This document shows positions 1 through 8,900 of a stretch of 27,528 bases of DNA, piece after piece. The stretch covers positions 1 through 27,528 of the IMG/VR virus record IMGVR_UViG_3300030372_001675; one strand, given 5' to 3'. This stretch comes from a virus. Taxonomy: Duplodnaviria; Caudoviricetes. A program made the translations under genes and the position numbers. Below the pieces are notes generated by a model, which ran no database searches, was not told where the DNA came from, and worked only from the letters and a program-made list of their open reading frames with translations. The stretch's first letter is position 1. Every line of letters starts with the position of its first letter.

Positions 1-26
1 AAAGATATAAAATATGCAAGGAATTA
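1..26. repeat. 26-nt terminal overlap identical to 27503-27528 (circular assembly junction)
   Basis: aaagatataaaatatgcaaggaatta occurs at both 1-26 and 27503-27528, and a CDS reads in frame across the join. Confidence 0.95.
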
Positions 27-425
27 AAACACAAAGAAATTGATTGTGTAGTATTAGACCTATCAAAAGAAGAAGAAAGAGAATTAAATATTAGACTAAA
101 TAAAAATACAGGTGATTTTGATATGGATATACTTGCTAATGAATTTGATATTGATGAGCTTGTTGATTGGGGTTTTAAACACATTGACCTTGATATTAAT
201 ATAGATAAGCTAGATGATAAATTTACTTTAGATGATAGCGACAAATCACCGTTTCAACAGATAACATTTACTTTAGCAGATAAACAAGCTGAATTAATAA
301 GAGGTAAAATTAAAGAAATAAAAGAAACAGAAGAATATAATTATGTTGAAACATTTGGAAATGAAAATAGTAATGGAAATGCTTTATATTTATTAGTATC
401 ACAATGGGTAGAGCAAAAGAAATAA
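3..425 (+). CDS. C-terminal part of ParB/Srx-like N-terminal domain protein (starts at 27340 and wraps the junction; ~195 aa total)
   Basis: Frame 3 is open from position 3 (RYKICKELKHKEIDCVVLDLSKEEERELNIRLNKNTGDFDMDIL...) into track ORF 123..425. Joined to 27340-27528 it gives typical ParB-like motifs: YNPR, FGLVDPII, IIGGHQR, LNIRLNK. Confidence 0.85.
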   Translation, partial: RYKICKELKHKEIDCVVLDLSKEEERELNIRLNKNTGDFDMDILANEFDIDELVDWGFKHIDLDINIDKLDDKFTLDDSDKSPFQQITFTLADKQAELIRGKIKEIKETEEYNYVETFGNENSNGNALYLLVSQWVEQKK

Positions 426-1084
426 TACTAAAAGTTATACCAAGTAATAGGGCTAATGATTTTGTAAAAAAACATCATTATTCTGCTAAAGTTGTGCCTA
501 ATAGTCAGCTTCATTTTGGGTGTTTTTTAGATGGTAAATTAGGTGGTGTTATGAGTTATGGGGTTTCTATGGATAAAAGAAAAATGTTATCTTTAGTAGA
601 AACACAAAATAAAACAGAAGCAACAAAATGGAACGAATTTCTAGAATTAAACAGAATGGCTTTTAGTGATATTTTACCTAAATATGCAGAGAGTAGATGT
701 ATCTCAATTAGCATTAAATTATTAAAAAAAAACGCACCTCATATTAAATGGATTGTAAGTTATGCTGACGCAACTCAATGTGGAGACGGCACAATATATA
801 GAGCAAGTGGGTTTTTATTAACAAGTATTAAAAAAAATTCAACAATGTTAAAAATGCCGAACGGTCAAATTATTGCAGACAAAACATTAAATAATTCAAA
901 TTATAAAAAAATTGGACAAAGTGCAGGATATTGGAAAAAAAAAGGTGCAAAACCTATTAAAGGGTTTCAATTAAGATATATTTACTTAATTGATAAAAAA
1001 AGTAAATTAAATGTTCCTGTAATGCCCTTTTCTAAAATTAAAGAAATGGGTGCAGGAATGTATAAAGGAAAAATGCGAGTATAG
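404..1084 (+). CDS. mom: Mom-family (GNAT-like) DNA adenine modification enzyme
   Basis: Motifs FVKKHHYS, HFGCFLDGKLGGVMSYG, LELNRMAF, AESRCIS, WIVSYADATQCGDGTIYRASGF and QLRYIYLI match my recollection of phage Mu Mom homologues. Confidence 0.8.
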   Translation: MGRAKEIILKVIPSNRANDFVKKHHYSAKVVPNSQLHFGCFLDGKLGGVMSYGVSMDKRKMLSLVETQNKTEATKWNEFLELNRMAFSDILPKYAESRCISISIKLLKKNAPHIKWIVSYADATQCGDGTIYRASGFLLTSIKKNSTMLKMPNGQIIADKTLNNSNYKKIGQSAGYWKKKGAKPIKGFQLRYIYLIDKKSKLNVPVMPFSKIKEMGAGMYKGKMRV

Positions 1085-1146
1085 CTTAATTGGCTAAAGC
1101 GTTATGCAACCAGCATAAAGATGGGGTTCGAATCCACCTACTCGCT
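1075..1146 (+). tRNA. atypical tRNA-Gly-like RNA (anticodon ACC), CCA not encoded
   Basis: Cloverleaf: acceptor GCGAGTA(1075-81)/TACTCGC(1139-45) with discriminator T1146. D-stem GCTT/AAGC with GG in the loop. Anticodon stem TTATG/CATAA with loop CA-ACC-AG. Variable region AGAT. T-arm GGGG-TTCGAAT-CCACC. Confidence 0.85.
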
Positions 1147-1173
1147 CTAATTATAATAGATTAAATAATACAA

Positions 1174-1527
1174 ATGGGACAGAATAAAAAAGAGAAACTA
1201 TTAAAAGCGTTAGAAGAAACACAAGGCTTAATATATCACGCTTGTAAAAAGGCAGGTAATATAAGTAGAAGTACATACTATAGATACTTAAAAGAAGATG
1301 AAGAATTTGCTAAAGCAGTTGAAGATATTAAAGAAGCACAGATTGATTATGTAGAAGGGCAGTTAATAAAAAATATATCTAGTGGAAAAGAAACAAGCAT
1401 AATCTTCTATTTAAAATCAAAAGCCAAAGATAGAGGTTATACAGACAAATCATTACTAGATATTACAAGTGGTGGTAAGTCTATTACGGATATTAAAATT
1501 GAAGTTATTGACACAGGCAAAGATTAA
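1174..1527 (+). CDS. terS: terminase small subunit (N-terminal HTH)
   Basis: HTH-like ACKKAGNISRSTYYRY, IIFYLKSKAKDRGY and LDITSGG motifs; lies directly upstream of TerL. Confidence 0.8.
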   Translation: MGQNKKEKLLKALEETQGLIYHACKKAGNISRSTYYRYLKEDEEFAKAVEDIKEAQIDYVEGQLIKNISSGKETSIIFYLKSKAKDRGYTDKSLLDITSGGKSITDIKIEVIDTGKD

Positions 1528-2665
1528 AACAACGAATGTATTTAACAAGGCGTATAGGTCTAAAACTAGAATAACTTGTTTGCAAGGGGGCACAAGGAGT
1601 TCAAAGACCTATTCGCTTTGTCAATTGTTTATTGTAAAATGTTTAGAAGATACAGGCAGGACTTTTACAATAGTTAGGAAAACATTACCTGCATTAAAGG
1701 GTACTGCATATAGAGATGTATTAAACATCTTAAAAGAGATGGAGCTTTATTCAGAAGAAAACCACAACAAATCAGAACTATCATATTTACTTAATGGTAA
1801 TTTAATAGAATTTATTTCAGTTGACCAACCACAAAAAATTAGAGGGCGTAAGCGTGATTATTTATGGCTTAATGAGGCAAATGAATTAACTTATGAAGAT
1901 TGGACACAACTGATATTAAGAACTACAGAACAAATATATTTAGACTATAACCCTTCAGACCCGTACTCATGGATATATGAAAAAGTTTTAACTAGAGATG
2001 ATTGCACCTTTATAAAATCAACATATAAAGCTAATCCTTTTTTAGATGAAGATACTATTGCAGAAATAGAAAGACTAAAAGATATAGACCCTGATTATTG
2101 GCGTGTTTATGGATTAGGTGAAATTGGTTCTATACAAACAATGATATTCAGGAACTTTAATTTGGTTGATGATGTACAAGGTAAATTAATTGGTTATGGT
2201 TTAGACTTCGGGTTCACTAATTCACCTACAGCATTAGTAGAAGTAAGACAATTAGATGATAACCTATATATCAAAGAACTGCTATATGAAAAGAGATTAA
2301 CAAATACAGACCTAGCAAATAAACTTAAAGAATTTGGTATTGATAGACAAACAGAAATTGTAGGTGATAGTGCAGAACCAAAATCAATAGAAGAAATATA
2401 TAGACAAGGTTTTAACATTAAACCTGCTAAAAAAGGTGCAGGAATACATCTAGGTTTGGATATAATGAGGCGTTATAAAATACATATTACAAAAGATAGT
2501 TTGAATGCTATTAAAGAGTTTAGGGGTTACAAATGGTCTACAGATAAAAATGGTGATGTATTAAACACGCCAGTTAAAGTCAATGACCACTTAATTGATG
2601 CAACTAGATATTTATGCTTAAATAAATTATCTGTTAATCACTCAGGCAAATACTATATACTATAA
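1508..2665 (+). CDS. terL: terminase large subunit (PBSX/Terminase_3-like)
   Basis: Walker A QGGTRSSKT, Walker B WLNEANE, coupling motif DYNP, and nuclease motifs GLDFGFTNSP and DHLIDATRY. The in-frame TTG at 1508 is a more plausible start than 1469. Confidence 0.95.
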   Translation: MTQAKIKTTNVFNKAYRSKTRITCLQGGTRSSKTYSLCQLFIVKCLEDTGRTFTIVRKTLPALKGTAYRDVLNILKEMELYSEENHNKSELSYLLNGNLIEFISVDQPQKIRGRKRDYLWLNEANELTYEDWTQLILRTTEQIYLDYNPSDPYSWIYEKVLTRDDCTFIKSTYKANPFLDEDTIAEIERLKDIDPDYWRVYGLGEIGSIQTMIFRNFNLVDDVQGKLIGYGLDFGFTNSPTALVEVRQLDDNLYIKELLYEKRLTNTDLANKLKEFGIDRQTEIVGDSAEPKSIEEIYRQGFNIKPAKKGAGIHLGLDIMRRYKIHITKDSLNAIKEFRGYKWSTDKNGDVLNTPVKVNDHLIDATRYLCLNKLSVNHSGKYYIL

Positions 2666-2668
2666 GAA

Positions 2669-2695
2669 AAACGAATTATTAACTTTTATATTTAT
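2669..2695 (+). promoter_or_regulatory. putative phage late promoter, copy 1 (AAAC-N14-TATAYTTAT)
   Basis: AAAC GAATTATTAACTTT TATATTTAT; same motif and spacing at 11076, 12112 and 14538, all at gene boundaries. Confidence 0.65.
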
Positions 2696-2697
2696 TA

Positions 2698-3282
2698 ATG
2701 ATGAAAGAGATTAAATTAACAATACCTGATAATTGGTCTGATATAACAATAGAAACTTATCAGAAATATGTTAAAATACAAGAAGGAAAAGGAAGTGAGA
2801 AAAACAAGGTTGTAAAGAGTTTAGCGTTATTATGTAACACTACACCCTTTGTTGTAAAGAAAATGGATTACAAGGACTTATTAGAGATAATGAGTATAAT
2901 TAAAACCATGATTGATACAGAACCAAAAGAAGAAGAATTTAGAAAGACGTTTGTATTTAAAAAAGAAGAATATGGCTTTGTACCTAATTTGAGTAAATTA
3001 AGCACAGGAGAATATATAGACCTAGAAACTTATTGCAAACAACCTATTGAGAATCTACATATTATTATGTCGATACTTTATAGAAAAATAACTTTTAAAA
3101 GAAATGAAAGATTTGCTATTGAGAATTATGATCCTGATGAGTTCAAAGAAGAACTATTTAAGGACTGTCCAATGGATATAGCACTTTCTAGCTTGGGTTT
3201 TTTTTTGACTTTAGGAAGCGTATTAGCTCGGACTTCGCAGCACTTTTTACAAGTACAGGAAATGAAACAACAAAAGGTGTAA
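2698..3282 (+). CDS. putative tail assembly chaperone (G-like, zero-frame product)
   Basis: Slippery G GGT TTT TTT TT near the 3' end with an open -1 frame beyond it; lies at the head of the tail gene block. Confidence 0.65.
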   Translation: MMKEIKLTIPDNWSDITIETYQKYVKIQEGKGSEKNKVVKSLALLCNTTPFVVKKMDYKDLLEIMSIIKTMIDTEPKEEEFRKTFVFKKEEYGFVPNLSKLSTGEYIDLETYCKQPIENLHIIMSILYRKITFKRNERFAIENYDPDEFKEELFKDCPMDIALSSLGFFLTLGSVLARTSQHFLQVQEMKQQKV

Positions 3283-3446
3283 CAATGCAGTCGAAATGGG
3301 GTTGGTATAATGTACTCTATTCTTTGTCTAATAGTATTTTAGATATTGAAAAAATTACAAGAGTACCAATTTTAGAAGTACTTACATATCTTGCATATAG
3401 TCAAGATTATAACAATAAACAAAGAAATAATTATGATAACATTTAG
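3195..3446 (+). CDS. -1 frameshift extension of tail assembly chaperone (GT-like)
   Basis: After GGGTTTTTTTTT (3195-3206) the -1 frame is open: FDFRKRISSDFAALFTSTGNETTKGVTMQSKWGWYNVLYSLSNSILDIEKITRVPILEVLTYLAYSQDYNNKQRNNYDNI, TAG at 3444-3446. It fills the gap to the next gene. Confidence 0.75.
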   Translation, partial: GFFFDFRKRISSDFAALFTSTGNETTKGVTMQSKWGWYNVLYSLSNSILDIEKITRVPILEVLTYLAYSQDYNNKQRNNYDNI

Positions 3447-3924
3447 AAATATCGTAGAATACCTAGAAACAGTAGCTACAAAGCACTATATGATTAATTC
3501 TTTCCATTCTGGAATGATGGACGAAGTAGATATTAATAAGTTAGGTGCATCTGATTATGTTATACTTTATGCTGAACCTGGTAACGCAATTATTAATACA
3601 GGCGTAATGACATATTCATTCAATTTATATATTCTAGATATGATTAATAATGAAGTTGGTGATGCTCCAAACAAACAAAGACTAGGGCGTGTAGATACCT
3701 ATTCTGAAAACCTACAAATCTTACAAGATGTTATAAATGAATTTAAACAGAATCTATATTCTACATCTTGGATTGCTGATGAAATAGTATTAGAAACACC
3801 AATAAATGCAGAACCTTTTACTGCTAGGTTTAATAACCTTTTAACTGGCTGGACAGCAACATTAAGCATACAAGTAAATAACACTAACAATCTTTGTATT
3901 GTACCAATAGTACCTAATTCATAA
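3433..3924 (+). CDS. putative tail terminator/completion protein
   Basis: ATG at 3433 in an A-rich context (MITFRNIVEY...) is preferred to the track start at 3391. Size, position and C-terminal GWTATLSIQV strand fit. Confidence 0.5.
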   Translation: MITFRNIVEYLETVATKHYMINSFHSGMMDEVDINKLGASDYVILYAEPGNAIINTGVMTYSFNLYILDMINNEVGDAPNKQRLGRVDTYSENLQILQDVINEFKQNLYSTSWIADEIVLETPINAEPFTARFNNLLTGWTATLSIQVNNTNNLCIVPIVPNS

Positions 3925-4466
3925 TGGAATTTAAAAACACAATACAATCATTACAAAAATTAGGCTCTAATGTAGTTAGTGAGGGTAAGTCTATTCTTAA
4001 AAAGAAGAAAAAAACCACAAGTGGAAATACACTCTATAATGAGTTTGATTATATGGTAACTTCATCAAAAGATTCTGTTACGTTAGAATTTGAATTTGGA
4101 AATGCTGATGACTATTGGATGTTTGTTGATGAAGGTGTGCGTGGTGCAGGTGGTTATAAAGGAAGTGGAAAAATGCGTGGTCAAGGAAGTCCTTTTAAGT
4201 ATACTACAAAAATGCCACCTAGAAGATTCATAGACCAATGGATAGTTAGAAAACCATTAAAGGCAGCTAGAGATAAGCAAGGGCGTTTTATAAAAAGAAA
4301 AAGTTTAGCATTTTTAATACAGCGTGCTATTTATCAAAGAGGTTTAGAAAGAACACAATTCTTTAGCAAACCTTTTACGCAACAATTAAAAAAACAAACA
4401 GACAAAATTACAGAAGCATTTGCTAATGATATAGAAGCTATGCTAGAAAAAACTTTAAAAGATTAA
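3924..4466 (+). CDS. putative neck/tail-completion (virion morphogenesis) protein
   Basis: Basic protein with TSGNTLYN, YWMFVDEGVRG, KMPP and IQRAIYQRG motifs typical of HK97 gp10-like proteins. Confidence 0.55.
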   Translation: MEFKNTIQSLQKLGSNVVSEGKSILKKKKKTTSGNTLYNEFDYMVTSSKDSVTLEFEFGNADDYWMFVDEGVRGAGGYKGSGKMRGQGSPFKYTTKMPPRRFIDQWIVRKPLKAARDKQGRFIKRKSLAFLIQRAIYQRGLERTQFFSKPFTQQLKKQTDKITEAFANDIEAMLEKTLKD

Positions 4467-4469
4467 ATT

Positions 4470-5933
4470 ATGGGATTAGCATTCGTACAAGAACCCGTTA
4501 ACACAGCAGACAAAGTGCCTGTTATAACAAATTGGACACCACTGATAGGATATATGCTATACAGAGATGCAAGTATTGCTGCTTTATTTTATTATAAATT
4601 AGTATTAGAAATAAGATTAGATGATGCTAGTGGAACCCTATTAGGAAAAATAAAACAAAGAAGAAATGGTTATAGTGTAGATGTTAATGCAAATTTAGCT
4701 AGAGCATTCTTTGATGTAAGAGATATTATTAATTCTAGTTTAACAGACACTATATTTGACCAAAATGATGCAGGTCAACCATTTAGAACAATACATAAAA
4801 TTGGAGTTAATACTGCTGCAAAACCATATAGTATTAATGGTGATAGAACTACAGATGGAACACAAGTACAAACTATATATGTAAAAGGATATGAAAACTA
4901 TTCTTCTAGTGCTACATCTGTACCACAAGATGAAACTGGTGATGCAGTAAATGACACTTTAGTTTATATGGCTGCTTCATTACCCTTAATGACTATTAGA
5001 GATACTGATTCAGATTATGTACAAGGAACAGAATTTCAACCTTATCAAGCAAGTTCTGCTACAGATAAATTTTTAAGTGACTTAGAAACAAGCTCAGGCG
5101 AATACAACATTAGTGGGTATATAAATTATATAAGAGAATCAGACTATCACACAGTTGGATTTTTAAATGATTTTACAAATTTCACAAGTGATGTAGATTA
5201 TATTCAAATTGCATATTATAATTCAGCAGGTGAACTAATTAATGATGCAGAATACATTGCTAATGTAACAGCAAATGGTGGAATCGCACCTAATGATGGA
5301 AGTTTAGCAGACAATGGTAGATTATTGTATTTTGGTTGTGGTACTGCTAATTTAGAAGCACAAAGTGACAACACAGATGCAAAACCATCAAATAATTCAG
5401 GATGGGCATATTATACAATTAGAGGCACAAGCACAACAAATGTTGATCCAACAGCAGCAACCTTTGAAACAGCACCCTATTACTTTATAAAACAAGACGG
5501 AAGTTGCAAAGGTTTTAAAGTTAGAAGATTAGGGTGGAGAAATAGTCTAGGGTGTTATGATTATTTTAATTTTAAAATGAAGTCTACACAAACTATAGAA
5601 GTAAACAGAGATAACTATAATTCAATGCTTGGGACATTCAATAAAAGTAGATGGCGATATAACAATACACAAAGAGGCAAAACAACTAGACAAACCACTG
5701 CTATCTTAAAAGAAACAATACAGACAGACTGGATAAGTGAGCAAGATGCAAACCTATTAGAGAAATGTATTTATTCAACAGATGTTTATGTTGTGGAAAA
5801 TGCAGACACGACCTACACAGAGGGTGTTATTGTAACCGATTCATCATTTGTGAAAAAGACTGTTGCAAATGACAGGCTAATTCAATATACAATTAACATA
5901 GAATACGCTAATCCAATAAATACAAATAGCTAA
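4470..5933 (+). CDS. putative tail structural protein
   Basis: 487 aa, rich in Thr/Asn/Asp and predicted beta; C-terminal WRNSLGCYDYFNF motif; translationally coupled to the large tail gene. Confidence 0.55.
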   Translation: MGLAFVQEPVNTADKVPVITNWTPLIGYMLYRDASIAALFYYKLVLEIRLDDASGTLLGKIKQRRNGYSVDVNANLARAFFDVRDIINSSLTDTIFDQNDAGQPFRTIHKIGVNTAAKPYSINGDRTTDGTQVQTIYVKGYENYSSSATSVPQDETGDAVNDTLVYMAASLPLMTIRDTDSDYVQGTEFQPYQASSATDKFLSDLETSSGEYNISGYINYIRESDYHTVGFLNDFTNFTSDVDYIQIAYYNSAGELINDAEYIANVTANGGIAPNDGSLADNGRLLYFGCGTANLEAQSDNTDAKPSNNSGWAYYTIRGTSTTNVDPTAATFETAPYYFIKQDGSCKGFKVRRLGWRNSLGCYDYFNFKMKSTQTIEVNRDNYNSMLGTFNKSRWRYNNTQRGKTTRQTTAILKETIQTDWISEQDANLLEKCIYSTDVYVVENADTTYTEGVIVTDSSFVKKTVANDRLIQYTINIEYANPINTNS

Positions 5934-8900
5934 TGAATGTTAGATTAGTAGCATATAGAAAAGCCACCACAGGTGCAACTTCAGATAGCACCTATCAACT
6001 AGACTTGCAAGAAGCACCCAATATATCTTTAAATTTTCAATTTAGTGATATTAAAGAACCTGAAACTAGAAAAGGGAGTTATACGCAAACTTTTAAATTA
6101 CCTTTTACGGATAACAATAATGAGTTCTTTCAAAATTGGTTTAATGTCAATCTAACCACTTTAGTATTTAGCACAAGAAAGAAATTCAATGCAGTTTTAT
6201 ATGTTGGAACTGTACCACAATTTGACGGGTTTATTCAGCTAAAGGCAGTCTATAAAAAAGCACAATGCTATGAGATTGTATTAATGTCTAATACTTCAGA
6301 TTTGTTTAGTGCTATTGGAGAGCAAAGATTAAAGGATGTTTTTTTAAATGAAAATGGTAGTTACAGTACAGAATTAAACCACACTTTCAATGAAACTAAT
6401 TTATTAAATTCTTGGAATGGTGGTAGCAGTGCTTTTCAAAACACATCAGGCGTTTCATTAAGAGATACAGATGTGAATGTTCAAAAGGTTATGTATCCTA
6501 CATCATTAACAAAACCAAACTTCTATTATGACCCTAATGACACTACAGAGGGTGGTCATAATAAATACCTCTTAATGGATTCAGGAGATATTTCAGGAAT
6601 GGGGGTAGAGGATGCCTTAAATTATATAGTACCCCTGACACAATTTAGACCATCAATCCAAATAAAAACATTATTCAAATTAATTTTAGCTAGAGCAGGT
6701 TTCTCATATACCTCTAATTTTATAGATGGTTCATATTTTGGTAAAATCTATATGACCACAGGTAATGAATTAGCAGGAGTTGGTTTGCCTACACTAACTA
6801 CACAAACGGCACCTGAGGGCAGTACAGTAGCAGGTCAAGATGGTACTGCTTGGGGTGAATGGACTTTACCTCAAGGCTCTGCAGGTTTTGAGGCGTGTCA
6901 TAGTGTCGACTTTACTATTATGCCTATTAGTGATGTGGTTACTGATGATACTACAATATGGAGTACAACAGCAAATACTTTTACAAAGATATATCCAACA
7001 ATGGAAACTTTGACCATTAGACACAAAACTTTTACACAGAATTTAAAGTCCAGTGAATTATGTGATAGTGATTCTATAAAATTTGATGTTATTGTGCTTG
7101 ATAGTGGTGCTAGTCCAAATGTGTGGTCATATATCACCCTTGATGTACCAAACTCATCACAACAATCAACTTATGAACATGAGTATAGTTTAGATATTAC
7201 TGCTATGCCTGTTGGTTCTAGTGCTAGGATATTAATGAGGCGACACGCTTTTGAGCCTGTTAGTTTAGTGCAAGATATGAAATTTAATCTTTGTACTGAT
7301 GAAAGTTACACAAGTGATGACCTAGACACAAAATTAGTTATAGATTGGGGGGAATTTAATCAAGGTATCTATGGTGCAACAATTGATGTTCCTGCATGTA
7401 TTGATAGCACAATAACACAGAAAGCGTTTTTAAAGGACTTAATAGAACGTTTTAACCTTGTAGTTATTGCAGACCCAGATGATGCCTCAAATATCATTAT
7501 AGAGCCTTACAATGACTATTTATCACAAAGCACATTGAAAGATTGGACAAATAAATTAGACACATCAAAAGAGATAATTGTAAAAGACACAACCTCAATA
7601 CAAAAAAAGAATATAAACTTAACAGACCTTGAAGATGTTGATTTGTGTAATAAAATAATAAAAGAAGAACAGCCAAATGCAAATGTATTCGGTCATCTAA
7701 ATATCCAAAATATAAATAATGATTTTGCAACTGGTGAAATGGCTAACAAACCCATCTTTTCACCATACATCAATCAAAAGGTATTTAGAGGTGATGATAA
7801 TTTACAAGATGCGTCCTATTTAGTTAATATGGCTGTTCAATATGAATTTACATACACACAAGTTGAGGGTGGTTATGAAAACCCTACAGAAGCAACAAAA
7901 CCAAAATTGTATTGGTATAATGGTTTAGCAACAACAGTAAAAGATTCAGCTGATAATACCAAAACATACTATTTGCATCATAACATATCAAATAATATAA
8001 CAGCATATTCTTTTACAACGTACCCCGTTTGTACCCCTTTTGATATTACACCATCTAGTGATGCGTATACATTAACACAAGCAAACAAATCTTTATATTG
8101 GAATAGTACACCCCCTATAGTTGGCGAATTAGATATATTTAACTATACGGAAGAATCTGGTAGTTGGTTTCCTAATACTTTATATGGTTATTATTGGAAA
8201 CAATATTTAGATAATTTCTATAGTGAAGATGCACGAATTATGGATTGTTACCTTAACCTGAATGAGGTGGATGTATTTAATTTTAAATTTAATGACGAAG
8301 TATTTATAAAAGACACATATTGGAGAATTATAGAAATATCTAATTATCAAGTAGGTGAAAAAGCATCAACAAAAGTAAAATTATTAAAATCACTAGATAC
8401 TCTTTCAGCAGGTCTTGAATGCAATTATGTATTAGGACAATTAGGTGGAACAAATACATGGTGGAACAATTACTATTATTGGTGTCCTAGTGATGATGCA
8501 GGATGCACTCCTGTTGCTACAGTTGGAGGCAGTTATTTAGGTTTATATGCACCTGAATCTTGCTGTATTGGTGTTGGTGGTTATCCAGAGTCAAATTCTC
8601 CTTATGCTGCTCAAGGTTTATATTTATGTGGTGTGAATGCAGGGAGTATTCCTATTAGGTATCAAAATATACTAGGCTTTAGAACATTATTTAATATAGG
8701 TCAAGTAAAGAGTATTTTTTATGAAAAATTAGGTGGTTTAAATAAACCCCTAATGATTGGAACGGGTAATACGAAATATGCTACACCATTAATTAATTCA
8801 TTTGGTAATGATATAGCAATTAAATATACTAATAAAAGAAAAGGATTACCACCTATTGAGGGTGAATCACACCGAATGGTTTTAACAGGATTCACAGATG

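Noticed and set aside
1-26. Terminal repeat as a biological direct terminal repeat
   Set aside because: It falls mid-gene and is only 26 nt; an assembler overlap of a circular or permuted genome is the simpler explanation.
123-425. Stand-alone 100-aa ORF in the track
   Set aside because: It is the tail of the ParB-like gene that starts at 27340 across the junction.
1075-1146. tRNA as attP remnant or as a codon-usage helper for GGU
   Set aside because: I recognised no integrase, and the element is full length rather than a 3' fragment. GGT codons are common here, but A33, the C32-G38 pair and the bulged T-stem argue against decoding. Disfavoured, not excluded.
1469-1507. Track start for terL (and similarly 3391 for the tail terminator)
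   Set aside because: These starts create long overlaps; in-frame starts at 1508 and 3433 fit better.
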